A stretch of 64,000 nucleotides of DNA from an uncultured virus (IMG/VR IMGVR_UViG_3300042303_000391) (Duplodnaviria > Heunggongvirae > Uroviricota > Caudoviricetes), in IMG/VR virus record IMGVR_UViG_3300042303_000391; one strand, written 5' to 3'. Position numbers and translations under genes: made by a program. Under the pieces are notes generated by a model. That model saw only the letters and a program-made list of their open reading frames with translations, ran no database searches and was not told the origin of the DNA. Each line of letters opens with the position of its first letter. Within the stretch, counting starts at the first letter, position 1. Shown one piece after another: positions 50,381 to 59,753 of this stretch.

Positions 50381-51226
50381 ATGAAAAAAGTAGTAAATAA
50401 GCAACAAGTAGCACACCTATGGGCAAATAAATTACAAACAGAAGCACGTACCCCAACCAATAATTTTTATTTTCTCAATGATACGATATACTCGTATGGT
50501 AGTCATTTCCCAATTGCTAAACATATAGGAAACGGAGAAAATAAAGCAATACTATTCACTTTAAGATCTTATAGCAACACAACATCCAAACATATTAGCA
50601 TAGTGAGGGGTGCAAGTAGTCATATCGACAAAATTTATTGTTATCATTTAACAGACCACGAGGAAAACTTTAAAACGTGGTTAAATGAAGCTAAAAATAT
50701 AGGAAGAAGCCTATTAAAAGCAAAAAAACCCGAAATTTATATAAGCCAGTTAAATAACATTAAGGCACTAGTAGAAAAATATGTACAATTTTTTGAAATT
50801 GAAACGCCTATCACCTTATTAGAAGCCATAAACGTACAAAATAAAAACGAGTTTTTAGAGTTTAGTGGTAAACTTGCCGAACTACAAAAAGCAGAGACTA
50901 AAAAGAAACTAGCGGAAGCAAAAAAATTACTTAAAAAAGACTTGACAAAGTGGTATAATTTCGAAACTAATTATTTATATAAAAGACTAGATAGAGACTT
51001 TTTGAGATATAACACAGAAAAAAATAGGTTTGAAACCACACAGAGAGTAGAGATCCCTTTCGCAATTGCTAAAAAGTTCTATGAATGTTTAGAAAAAAAT
51101 ATCTTAAAGGTAGGCGATAGTGTCCTAGACTACTCCATAAACTATATAGACAAAAAAATAGTGAAAATAGGCTGTCATACGTTTGAAATTGCATACCTTA
51201 ACCAATTAGCAAAAAAACATTTTTAA
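50381..51226 (+). CDS. Early hypothetical protein
   Basis: 281 aa; VAHLWA, IYSYGSHFPIA, YSNTTSKH, IGCH. Confidence 0.7.
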   Translation: MKKVVNKQQVAHLWANKLQTEARTPTNNFYFLNDTIYSYGSHFPIAKHIGNGENKAILFTLRSYSNTTSKHISIVRGASSHIDKIYCYHLTDHEENFKTWLNEAKNIGRSLLKAKKPEIYISQLNNIKALVEKYVQFFEIETPITLLEAINVQNKNEFLEFSGKLAELQKAETKKKLAEAKKLLKKDLTKWYNFETNYLYKRLDRDFLRYNTEKNRFETTQRVEIPFAIAKKFYECLEKNILKVGDSVLDYSINYIDKKIVKIGCHTFEIAYLNQLAKKHF

Positions 51227-51295
51227 TTAATTACAGAGGCTTCGGGCGTGCCTAAAAACGCCCTTTATATTAATACCTTTAAAAAATTAAACAAT

Positions 51296-51661
51296 ATGAA
51301 AAAATTTATCATTTCAAGTACACACGAAGTTTATAAAGATGACTACAACGAAGGCGAAACCGACTATGTAAACGGCTACTCCTTAAAAAGTAAAATAATC
51401 AATTCAGAAACTACAAAAGAAGCTATTCAAAAATATTTTGAAGATGAACTATACTATAAATTTAATGTTGATTATGCATATATAGACCACGAAGAAGATA
51501 TAGACGCTTCAAAAAATACCTTACACTATAGCGTACTAGTGGACAATGAAAATAGTGAAGCAAGTGAATACGAAATAGAACTATGGAAAAAAGGTGAATT
51601 AGAACTATATGCTAATAATATCTTTTTGACCATACACGAACTGACTGAGGCTACTATATAA
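51296..51661 (+). CDS. Early hypothetical acidic protein
   Basis: Likely ATG 51296 after the repeated start motif. Confidence 0.65.
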   Translation: MKKFIISSTHEVYKDDYNEGETDYVNGYSLKSKIINSETTKEAIQKYFEDELYYKFNVDYAYIDHEEDIDASKNTLHYSVLVDNENSEASEYEIELWKKGELELYANNIFLTIHELTEATI

Positions 51662-51694
51662 AAAATATTAACTAATCTTTAAAAAAGTAATAAA

Positions 51695-51919
51695 ATGAAA
51701 AAATATAGAATAATTTCGGGAGCGTTTGACCGAACAATAAACGCCTTGAATTCATACGAAGCTATAAAGCTATTTTCAGACTATGTATTCAAATGCAATG
51801 GAATAATAGATAAAAATACCTATCTGTATGAATTGGGGGAACATAACCCAAATATGGTATATCTAGTTGTAGATATAACGGAAAGCCTAAAATTAAATAA
51901 AGTTTCATCCCCTAAATAA
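51695..51919 (+). CDS. Early hypothetical protein
   Basis: 74 aa; repeated start motif. Confidence 0.55.
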   Translation: MKKYRIISGAFDRTINALNSYEAIKLFSDYVFKCNGIIDKNTYLYELGEHNPNMVYLVVDITESLKLNKVSSPK

Positions 51920-51926
51920 TAAAGCA

Positions 51927-52109
51927 ATGAAAAACGTAAAAGAATTAAACAAAAACGAATTAGATCAACTAAAATGGAACTACTTCTATGACGAAGATAT
52001 AGACCATAAATATCAATATGACTACCCGCACGAGATACCCGATGAAGTTATATTCACTCATTATGAAGCTATAAGTTTTGTGGAGGAAGACTTTTTTTGT
52101 AATATATAA
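51927..52109 (+). CDS. Early hypothetical acidic protein
   Basis: 60 aa; FVEEDFFC end. Confidence 0.6.
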   Translation: MKNVKELNKNELDQLKWNYFYDEDIDHKYQYDYPHEIPDEVIFTHYEAISFVEEDFFCNI

Positions 52110-52149
52110 AAAATTAAGCTAATTTATAACAATTTAAAAATCATAAAAA

Positions 52150-52377
52150 ATGACACATCAAATTAATGTAATCACTTTAGAAGAGTATGCCAATATAGTA
52201 GGATATAAAGGCGATATTCCAAAAACATTGGAACAAATACAAGAATATGCAGAAGACAATCTATACTGGACTATATGGGACTACCCTTTAGACGAGTTAG
52301 AATATTGTATAGAAGAAGACAGAAGCGTTGTAATAGTAAAGACTGACTTTGGACTGAGACTTTGCGAAATAAATTAA
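52150..52377 (+). CDS. Early hypothetical protein
   Basis: 75 aa; repeated start motif. Confidence 0.6.
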   Translation: MTHQINVITLEEYANIVGYKGDIPKTLEQIQEYAEDNLYWTIWDYPLDELEYCIEEDRSVVIVKTDFGLRLCEIN

Positions 52378-52423
52378 AATAAACCACATATTAAAATTAT
52401 TTAACAATTTAAAATCATAAAAA

Positions 52424-52678
52424 ATGACAGAGACCCAATATAGCGAACTATTTAATATTTACCAATCATCCACCTATGATGATAAAGATGAAGATGAATT
52501 ATTGTATAATTTAAAATCAGATTTAAGAGACTATTTAGATAAACACACTCCAGCAGATGACAAACTAGAACTACTAAAGGAAATACAGGAGTACTATTAT
52601 CGAAAAGAAAATCAAAGTGCTATGCCGCTATGGATGGCAGTAAGAATTGAAAAAGTAATTAATACCCCCACTAAATAA
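52424..52678 (+). CDS. Early hypothetical protein
   Basis: 84 aa; repeated start motif. Confidence 0.6.
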   Translation: MTETQYSELFNIYQSSTYDDKDEDELLYNLKSDLRDYLDKHTPADDKLELLKEIQEYYYRKENQSAMPLWMAVRIEKVINTPTK

Positions 52679-52686
52679 ATAATCAA

Positions 52687-52875
52687 ATGAAAGTAGGAAA
52701 AATCAAACCATTTGCCTATACAGAGGCAGAAAAAAAAGCTATTATAAAGGAGTATTGTAAATTTTCTAGTCATACGAGTAAAAAACTATTTTGTAGTATA
52801 TCGGAGGAGTGGAAGATTAAAGATCTATTAGCAGAAAAAAAAGGGTACATATATAGCAAATTTAAAAAATCTTAA
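52687..52875 (+). CDS. Early hypothetical protein
   Basis: 62 aa. Confidence 0.5.
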   Translation: MKVGKIKPFAYTEAEKKAIIKEYCKFSSHTSKKLFCSISEEWKIKDLLAEKKGYIYSKFKKS

Positions 52876-52949
52876 TTAAATAAGTAAAAAATTAAACAAT
52901 TAAAACTCATAAAAAATTAACTTTATTAACACTAAAAATTAACAAAAAA

Positions 52950-53543
52950 ATGGAAAATTTATTTAACAATTTACAAGCACCAACAGGAGACATTAAAGTA
53001 AGTACAGAAAAAGAATGGTTAACTCTTCATTTAGGGGGAAATATTGTACTACAAAAAGGAAATTTTTCTCAATCATTTACATATTGGGGAAATGTTAGTA
53101 AAATGAATTTTAATAACACTAACTATATAACAATGGAAGAGTGTGATTGGGATACACATACTACTATGCTAGGCAATCTTAAAATAGATAGTATATCTAA
53201 ACTTAGAACTACATTAGAAAATAGTGGGTTAAAAACACTTTCAGATAGTCTTGACTTTAGCACTGAAGAAATAAAAAAAGCTATATTTTCTATTGTTCCT
53301 AACTCAACCATCGTAAAAAATGTATTTGGAGAAAACTTTATATTATGGGAGTCATTAACAGATAATGAAAGAAAAATAATAAAAGTAAAAGATGCAATAG
53401 AAAATTACAATGATTACTTTGTCAACAATCCTTATAGATTAAAATATTTAATTGTAAAAGAAGATGGTAAATTAGATGGTGAAACAATACCAACAATAGA
53501 TCAACTAAATGAAAGATTAAATGACTTATTATTTAACAATTAA
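52950..53543 (+). CDS. Early hypothetical protein
   Basis: 197 aa. Confidence 0.65.
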   Translation: MENLFNNLQAPTGDIKVSTEKEWLTLHLGGNIVLQKGNFSQSFTYWGNVSKMNFNNTNYITMEECDWDTHTTMLGNLKIDSISKLRTTLENSGLKTLSDSLDFSTEEIKKAIFSIVPNSTIVKNVFGENFILWESLTDNERKIIKVKDAIENYNDYFVNNPYRLKYLIVKEDGKLDGETIPTIDQLNERLNDLLFNN

Positions 53544-53555
53544 AAATCATAAAAA

Positions 53556-53885
53556 ATGAACACAACAATTTTAAACAATCAATTAGACAATTTAGAAAAA
53601 GAAGTATCTTTGTATTTTAACCACTTACTTACACAAAAAGAAGAATTTATTATCTTTGATAAAAAAGATTTGGAAGATGATACTCCCGACAATTATTTAG
53701 AAATGCGTAACGACTTTACAGGAGATGTATATGATGTACAGGCTTTATCTGTAAATAAAAACGGAATAGAAGTTGTAGATACTTCGGGCAGTAATAATAT
53801 ATTCCTTATAAGATTACAAGATTTAGCCAGTACACAAAATAGAATTGCTTTGTGTGGACTAATGGAAGATGAAATAAACTATTAA
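53556..53885 (+). CDS. Early hypothetical protein
   Basis: 109 aa; repeated start motif. Confidence 0.6.
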   Translation: MNTTILNNQLDNLEKEVSLYFNHLLTQKEEFIIFDKKDLEDDTPDNYLEMRNDFTGDVYDVQALSVNKNGIEVVDTSGSNNIFLIRLQDLASTQNRIALCGLMEDEINY

Positions 53886-53905
53886 ACAATTAAAAATCAT
53901 AAAAA

Positions 53906-54127
53906 ATGAACACAATAGAAAGAAAAAAACAATTATTTGAAACAGACTATGTAATATGGGATAAAGCCAACGACAATTTAGTTCGTTTTGGTAGTAACGA
54001 TGATATAGTTATCTATGGTAGCAAAGAAGAAGCAGAAATTGATTGCTATGGTAATGAATACGTTACTAAATGTACCGATTTGCCCCTACATCATCAAGAA
54101 GAATTACTTAATCAGATAAATAAATAA
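53906..54127 (+). CDS. Early hypothetical protein
   Basis: 73 aa; repeated start motif. Confidence 0.6.
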   Translation: MNTIERKKQLFETDYVIWDKANDNLVRFGSNDDIVIYGSKEEAEIDCYGNEYVTKCTDLPLHHQEELLNQINK

Positions 54128-54130
54128 GAA

Positions 54131-54475
54131 ATGACAACAATAGAAAATAATAAGTTAATAGCAGAGTTTATGGGGGTGCGTCATACCGATGATAGCAAAT
54201 ACCTAGAAACCTTAAAAGAAATGAAGTCAGATGGATTATACTTTGAGCAAGGGTATATGACTAGCGAATTACACTACTATACCGATTGGCGGTGGCTTAT
54301 GGAGGTAGTGGATAAAATAAACAACCTTAATAACTTGGTGCAGATACATGATAATCATGTAAAAATAGTGAACAATACAAAAAGTGAAGTACTGGTAGAT
54401 GTTATTGAGGGAAGTATGTTTGAAGCGATTTATTCAGCAGTAGTAGAATTTATTAAAAATTATAAAAATAATTAA
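54131..54475 (+). CDS. Phage ABA-sandwich-like protein
   Basis: NKLIAEFMG and Y.TDW.WLM.VVDKI motifs. Confidence 0.55.
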   Translation: MTTIENNKLIAEFMGVRHTDDSKYLETLKEMKSDGLYFEQGYMTSELHYYTDWRWLMEVVDKINNLNNLVQIHDNHVKIVNNTKSEVLVDVIEGSMFEAIYSAVVEFIKNYKNN

Positions 54476-54486
54476 AAGCCATAAAA

Positions 54487-54717
54487 ATGACAAAAAAGAT
54501 CTTAACAGATGGAAACACAAATGTAATACAAATGGGAAACTATGTATTTATTCAGAGCAAGAAACAAGTGGTGCATTGCGAACCCCTCAAAACATTTAAC
54601 TTCAACGGATTTGTGGAGGTGCAAGGACTAGACACGGAAAGTTTTACAAATAAGTGCCAAGCATACCTATTGAAATTTCAAGAAGAGGGTATTTATAATG
54701 AATTATTCGTAAATTGA
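54487..54717 (+). CDS. Hypothetical protein
   Basis: 76 aa. Confidence 0.55.
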   Translation: MTKKILTDGNTNVIQMGNYVFIQSKKQVVHCEPLKTFNFNGFVEVQGLDTESFTNKCQAYLLKFQEEGIYNELFVN

Positions 54718-54814
54718 AACAAAAATTAAAGTAATTGCAACAAAATTGATAACACCCACCCCTTCAATAATCATATTTTTGCACCAAAATTAATAACAAA
54801 TAAAATAAAATAAA

Positions 54815-55054
54815 ATGGATAAAAGTAAATTGCAAATCGGAACAGAATTAGTAGCCATCAACCCTTGTTTAATGAGAAGCACTGGCGAAGAAGCACTCGT
54901 TGTAGGTAAAGAATACAAAATTAGTTATCTTGACACAGATGATGAAGATAATGATTGTATTGTAATAATAGATGAACAAAATGAAGAACATTGGTTTCTA
55001 ATAGATGAATTGTTCGCTTTCTTTGCATATAAAGGATTAAAAGCATCTAATTAG
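54815..55054 (+). CDS. Hypothetical SH3-like small protein
   Basis: L.VGKEY.I, IIDE...H.F. Confidence 0.55.
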   Translation: MDKSKLQIGTELVAINPCLMRSTGEEALVVGKEYKISYLDTDDEDNDCIVIIDEQNEEHWFLIDELFAFFAYKGLKASN

Positions 55055-55078
55055 TTTTATAAATTAAAAATAAACAAT

Positions 55079-55258
55079 ATGGACTTTAAAGAATTTTTTG
55101 AAGATTTAGACGAGATAATAAATGGAGGTATATTTAGTAATCTTGAAACTGAAAACATAGGAGCATTTATGTCGTTTTTAGATGATGGTAGTATACCCGA
55201 AACCCCATTTAGGGTAAGTGATAACAATATTTACCCTAATTCCTCCACTATAAATTAA
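55079..55258 (+). CDS. Hypothetical protein
   Basis: 59 aa, below track cutoff, manual translation. Confidence 0.45.
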   Translation: MDFKEFFEDLDEIINGGIFSNLETENIGAFMSFLDDGSIPETPFRVSDNNIYPNSSTIN

Positions 55259-55290
55259 AAAATAATTAATTAAATTAAAAAATAAAAGTT

Positions 55291-55482
55291 ATGACATTAG
55301 ATTACAAATTGATTAAAGACATAGAGTTTGATGGTATCAACCATAATGACTATCCCGATTATTGTGATGCTTATATTGTAAGAGCAGAATATAATGGAGA
55401 AGAAATGACTGAGAATCAACTTAACGAATTAAATAATGATATAGACTTTGTTTATGGAAAGTTAATGGATTATCTTAATTAA
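55291..55482 (+). CDS. Hypothetical acidic protein
   Basis: DGI...DYPDYCDAYI motif. Confidence 0.6.
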   Translation: MTLDYKLIKDIEFDGINHNDYPDYCDAYIVRAEYNGEEMTENQLNELNNDIDFVYGKLMDYLN

Positions 55483-55512
55483 ACTTATATTATTAACCTT
55501 AAAACTATAAAT

Positions 55513-55746
55513 ATGAAAGTAACAACTTTTGTGATAAGCACCGCTGCATTTTTAATTATAATTTTAGCTATTATGTTAGCTATGATTTTAGAAACTACAA
55601 TTCATTCTCATTCAGAGCCAACTGATTGTAGCTTTAGAATATATGTAGTAGATTCTTCTGTAGAAGTATTTGACAACAATACCTTTGTAGGAAGAGTAGA
55701 ATTGCAAGGACAATTAGACAGTCTAATGACTGATTACTTACAATAA
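55513..55746 (+). CDS. Small membrane protein
   Basis: N-terminal TM. Confidence 0.55.
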   Translation: MKVTTFVISTAAFLIIILAIMLAMILETTIHSHSEPTDCSFRIYVVDSSVEVFDNNTFVGRVELQGQLDSLMTDYLQ

Positions 55747-55788
55747 ATTTATAAAGACATTAAACTTAACTATAAACCCTTTAATTGA

Positions 55789-55830
55789 ATTACACCTAAT
55801 AGTATATAATATCTGTTAGGTGTAGTTTTT
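55789..55830 (+). terminator. Intrinsic terminator
   Basis: TACACCTAATAG-loop-CTGTTAGGTGTA followed by GTTTTT. Confidence 0.65.
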
Positions 55831-55872
55831 AAACTATTAACATTAAAATTATTAACCTTAAAAATTTTTAAA

Positions 55873-56079
55873 ATGAAAGATCCAATTTTAACAAACCCCA
55901 TTGACATTAAATTAGCTGCTTTAGTGGCTCGTAAAAAAGCTAAAAGCGTAGATAACAACCCTGTTGACCTAAATAAAATCTGGTCGAGTACATTGTCTCC
56001 CAATACTAGAAGTGCGTTTACAAGTAGAGGGGATAACTATTCTCATATAGTAAAAGTAGATAGAAACTATAATGGTTAA
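55873..56079 (+). CDS. Hypothetical protein
   Basis: 68 aa. Confidence 0.5.
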   Translation: MKDPILTNPIDIKLAALVARKKAKSVDNNPVDLNKIWSSTLSPNTRSAFTSRGDNYSHIVKVDRNYNG

Positions 56080-56149
56080 TTATAGTCTTTAAAAAAATTA
56101 ACTCGTTTAAAAAATAATTTTTAATTTTACACTTAAATTTAATAGATAT

Positions 56150-56335
56150 ATGTTACAAAAAATAATAAAAAAAGTATTTCCACAAACTCACACTAGAATT
56201 TTTGATGAAGGTTATCTAAAGGCAGAGAAAGATGCAAAGACCCTTGTACTCACTGATGAGCAGAAAAATTGGTATTATTGGGAACAAGAAAGACAAAGAG
56301 AAAGAGCCATCAGAGATACCACTAGAAATTATTAA
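56150..56335 (+). CDS. Hypothetical protein
   Basis: 61 aa. Confidence 0.5.
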   Translation: MLQKIIKKVFPQTHTRIFDEGYLKAEKDAKTLVLTDEQKNWYYWEQERQRERAIRDTTRNY

Positions 56336-56359
56336 ACCTGGCAAATAAAATCAAAAAAT

Positions 56360-56833
56360 ATGAATATATTCTATCTGTCTACAGATCCCAAAAAAGCCGC
56401 TGAGTATATGTATAACAAGCATGTAGTAAAGATGATACTAGAATCCGCACAATTACTATGTACCGCTCATATCATTTCTGATGGAGATAAGGCTAATGTA
56501 CCTTACAAAGTAACTCATAAAAACCACCCATCAGCGGTATGGGCAAGGGAGTCCATCTCTAATTACAAGTGGTTGTATAAACATATGATTGCACTAGGGG
56601 AAGAGTATACAAGACGTTATGGTAAACAACATTTAACTATATTAAAATGTAGTGATATGCTTAGGAATCCTCCTGTTAATGTAACCAAAACAGAATTAAC
56701 CCCTATGCCACAATGTATGCCCGATAAATACAAAGTTCCAGGTAATAGCGTGGAAGCCTATTGGAATTATTACGAAGCGGAAAAAGTTAGTGTAAAAAAT
56801 GCAAACGAATCTACAATAAAAAGACCTCAATAA
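56360..56833 (+). CDS. Pyrimidine-dimer DNA glycosylase (DenV/Pyr_excise-like)
   Basis: MNIFYL..DP..AA, KHVVKMILESAQLL, HKNHPSAVWARES, EY..RYGK.H, PQCMPD.YK. Confidence 0.8.
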   Translation: MNIFYLSTDPKKAAEYMYNKHVVKMILESAQLLCTAHIISDGDKANVPYKVTHKNHPSAVWARESISNYKWLYKHMIALGEEYTRRYGKQHLTILKCSDMLRNPPVNVTKTELTPMPQCMPDKYKVPGNSVEAYWNYYEAEKVSVKNANESTIKRPQ

Positions 56834-57034
56834 TATAGAACCAAACCAAATAAAAAAATTATAAATTATGATACATATAGTATTTAAACTTGAAAAAGAA
56901 GATTTATTTAGCAACGGAAAAACATACGAAGGTACTGTTTGCGAGGCTTACCAACAATGGGAAATAGAATACCCCAATGCAACATTTATGGGGTTGTATA
57001 TTCATTGTATGAATTAATAATAAAAAACTAATTT

Positions 57035-57673
57035 ATGAAATTATCATTAAATAAAACAAAATTGTACTATTATGATAGGGATTCACTCACCTTTAAAAAA
57101 GGCAAATGGATTAACGGACTATACCTATCTTTAATTTTAAATATGCTAATAATAGCAGGATTACTTTCTAATAATGTTTCAGTAAATATGAAATATACTA
57201 ATATGTTAAGCATATTGAAGCAAAAAGAAAAAACTATTAAGCATTTAGAAGTAAAAAGCCAAGATAGTGCTACTGAATATACTGATTTCAGAAGAAGTTT
57301 GCCCCTTAAATTAACTCTAAAAGAAGAAAAAAGATTGAATCATTTGTACTTTACCTATAAAAGTTTAATAGATAAGCATCATTGTCCTCATAACTTATTA
57401 TGGTATATTGCATTTAAAGAATCAAGATTAAACTTAAACGCTAAAAATTCTAGTTCTTCTGCTAAAGGTATGTTCCAATTTATAAATGGTACCTGGAATG
57501 CTATGTGTAAGAGAGGGGGGATGGATGTTTTAAATAGATATTCTGAAGAAAAACAAGTAAAGGTGGCTTGCATTTATCTTGATTTTTTATTTGAAAAATA
57601 TAAAGATTGGCAATTAGTACATAAAGAATATACAGGTGGAGTTATACATTATAGACTACCTTATTACAAATAA
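57035..57673 (+). CDS. Membrane-anchored lytic transglycosylase (SLT domain)
   Basis: IAFKESRLN.NAKN..SSAKGMFQF..GTW; TM segment near the N-terminus. Confidence 0.8.
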   Translation: MKLSLNKTKLYYYDRDSLTFKKGKWINGLYLSLILNMLIIAGLLSNNVSVNMKYTNMLSILKQKEKTIKHLEVKSQDSATEYTDFRRSLPLKLTLKEEKRLNHLYFTYKSLIDKHHCPHNLLWYIAFKESRLNLNAKNSSSSAKGMFQFINGTWNAMCKRGGMDVLNRYSEEKQVKVACIYLDFLFEKYKDWQLVHKEYTGGVIHYRLPYYK

Positions 57674-57703
57674 ATAAATTATCACCCTTAAAATTAAATT
57701 AAA

Positions 57704-57943
57704 ATGACAGAAAAAATAGATAATTGCCCAGAGGGCGGAGACGGCATAGTAATTATACCCAAGCCCTCCTACTTGCTTCCAAAAGACTATTCAAGATGTA
57801 TTTCTGTAGATTGCCCTGCTAGAGATTGTGCTAGGCTACAAAACTATCTTTATGATAGGCAAAGTGAAGAGCCTATATTAATGTCTGATTTTAGTCAAGA
57901 CAAAAAAATAGAGTCAAAAGAAGATTGTGAATTTTACCTATGA
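57704..57943 (+). CDS. Small Cys-rich protein
   Basis: D.SRC...CP...C.R ... CEFY. Confidence 0.55.
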   Translation: MTEKIDNCPEGGDGIVIIPKPSYLLPKDYSRCISVDCPARDCARLQNYLYDRQSEEPILMSDFSQDKKIESKEDCEFYL

Positions 57944-59001
57944 AAGCAGAAGTCCAGGAAAAAGCAGTGAACGCTTTCCTATCCTCTAAAGATAGAAGAT
58001 CCACTATTGCTCTAGCGGTAGGAATGGGAAAGACAAAGTGTGCTATTGATATTATTAAACACTATAGAAGTACTAACCCTTATTGTAAAATTTTATTTAG
58101 TGGTGCAAGACAAATTTATATTAAAAACTTTAAAGATGAATTAACTAAATGGGGTTGTTTGGAAAATAACATTACCTTTATATGCAATAAATCTTTGAAA
58201 AATTACAACGAAAAGTACGATTTGATTATTATAGATGAAATGCACAAGGAAAAAGATCTTATATTGGAAAATTGTTTGAGACTTATGAGAATAAACCCTG
58301 CGGTATCTATTCTAGGACTTACAGGTACGCCAAGCAATACCCATGAAATTCACAAATACTTTCCTATTTGTTATTCCTACCTTATCAATAATGCTATTGA
58401 TAATAATTTATTGAATAATTTTCAAATGGTTGTGGTTAAGTATAAGATGACTCCTGAAGAAAAAAGTGTTTATGATTATCATCACAAAAATTATTTAACA
58501 TCTCCATATAATGAATCCTACCCTCCTGAATTAGGCAAACTGAAGCAGTTCTTAAATACATTACCTAGCAAAGTGGCTCTAGCTAATAGACTAATTAATG
58601 AGAAATTTTCAGATAAAAAGCTACTAATCTATGCAGGAAGTATTGAGCAAGGTGCTAGTTTTGGGTTTTCTCAATTTAATTCTTCTATGGATAATAAAAC
58701 TAAGAAGAAAAACTATGATGAGTTCTATCACTCTGAATCAGGTAGACTAGTAAATGTAGGAATCCTAAAAGAATCCGTTAGTATACCAAATTTAAAGTAT
58801 GGATTTGTGCTAGGAATAGATAGTTCTCCTTCATCAAAAGAACAACTTATCGGAAGATTTTGCAGGATAGCAGTACATGAGAAAAGTTTTATATATTTCT
58901 TAGTAGCTGAGGGAACTTTAGAAGAAAAGTGGGTGTTGAATGGTATGGATAAATTTAAAGATAAGATAGCAGTAGTTAACCTTAGTAAAAATAAAAAATA
59001 A
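57940..59001 (+). CDS. Superfamily 2 helicase
   Basis: G.GKT, DEMH, GLTGTP, Q.IGR..R. Confidence 0.88.
   Translation: MKAEVQEKAVNAFLSSKDRRSTIALAVGMGKTKCAIDIIKHYRSTNPYCKILFSGARQIYIKNFKDELTKWGCLENNITFICNKSLKNYNEKYDLIIIDEMHKEKDLILENCLRLMRINPAVSILGLTGTPSNTHEIHKYFPICYSYLINNAIDNNLLNNFQMVVVKYKMTPEEKSVYDYHHKNYLTSPYNESYPPELGKLKQFLNTLPSKVALANRLINEKFSDKKLLIYAGSIEQGASFGFSQFNSSMDNKTKKKNYDEFYHSESGRLVNVGILKESVSIPNLKYGFVLGIDSSPSSKEQLIGRFCRIAVHEKSFIYFLVAEGTLEEKWVLNGMDKFKDKIAVVNLSKNKK
58972..58997 (+). repeat. 26 bp direct repeat, copy 1 (copy 2 at 59641-59666)
   Basis: GTAGTTAACCTT[A/G]GTAAAAATAAAAA, 25/26 identical. Confidence 0.85.
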
Positions 59002-59002
59002 T

Positions 59003-59317
59003 ATGAAAGAAGAAATGATTAAAAAAATGAATGAAGATATGATTTTAGCTGAATGGATCTCTACTCGTCTATACAATAGAGTAGTGTGTATTTTAGAAAA
59101 ACTTGATAGAAAAATTAATCTTCGTAATGAACAAAATGGATATAGAAACTTTTGTTTACAAGATTTGCTTTTAGTAAATTTAGATGAACTAAAAGCATTA
59201 AGAAATGTAGGAGAAGTTTCTATTAAAGAATTTGAATTTTGGCATTCAATAGCTTTAAAAACCAAAAAGCTAGAACGACTATGGCTTGGCGAAGGCGTGG
59301 CTACTACAAATGCTTAA
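59003..59317 (+). CDS. RNA polymerase alpha-CTD-like protein
   Basis: ISTRLYN and DLL.....EL..LRNVGEVSI.E match the alpha-CTD HhH pattern. Confidence 0.65.
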   Translation: MKEEMIKKMNEDMILAEWISTRLYNRVVCILEKLDRKINLRNEQNGYRNFCLQDLLLVNLDELKALRNVGEVSIKEFEFWHSIALKTKKLERLWLGEGVATTNA

Positions 59318-59363
59318 CCAAAGAACTAAATTTTATTAGCCACATTTTATAAATACCTTGTTA
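59273..59363 (+). repeat. attC-like site 0 (degenerate/chimeric)
   Basis: GAAC-6nt-GGCTTGGCGAAGG (as in site 2), inner stem GTGGCTA/TAGCCAC, ends TT-GTTA. Confidence 0.55.
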
Positions 59364-59372
59364 GGCAAAATT

Positions 59373-59624
59373 ATGATAAACGAAATAATAGAACAATACG
59401 AAGATGAAACATTCTTAAAGGCTGATGGGTTTGATGAAGCCATTATCGGAGTATGTGAGGACTTTAATGCTCCAGTTAGATTAATATATTCAGTTACAAA
59501 GTGTATAGAAATACTTATGAGAGATATGTCAGAAGAAGATGCAATGGAGCATTTTAATTTCAATGTAAGTGGCGGTTATGTGGGGGAGAAAACTCCGATA
59601 TGGTGTTGGGACAATTTCACCTAA
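59373..59624 (+). CDS. Cassette-borne hypothetical protein
   Basis: ADGFDEAIIG...YS..KC...A.E.F.FN..G.YVGE.TP; bounded by GTTAGGCAAAATT/AATTTCACCTAAC; stop lies in TAAC. Confidence 0.7.
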   Translation: MINEIIEQYEDETFLKADGFDEAIIGVCEDFNAPVRLIYSVTKCIEILMRDMSEEDAMEHFNFNVSGGYVGEKTPIWCWDNFT

Positions 59625-59753
59625 CGGTAGGCTACTTTGCGTAGTTAACCTTGGTAAAAATAAAAACAATGAATGATTTTGAATCTGCAAAAAATATAAA
59701 TGAATTATTTAAAAATTAATTTCCAATAAATTAACCAACTAAAAACTAAAAGA

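Noticed and set aside
49878..54489. CRISPR array from the repeated intergenic motifs
   Set aside because: Repeats are separated by whole genes of 200-900 bp and end in ATG; no cas genes.
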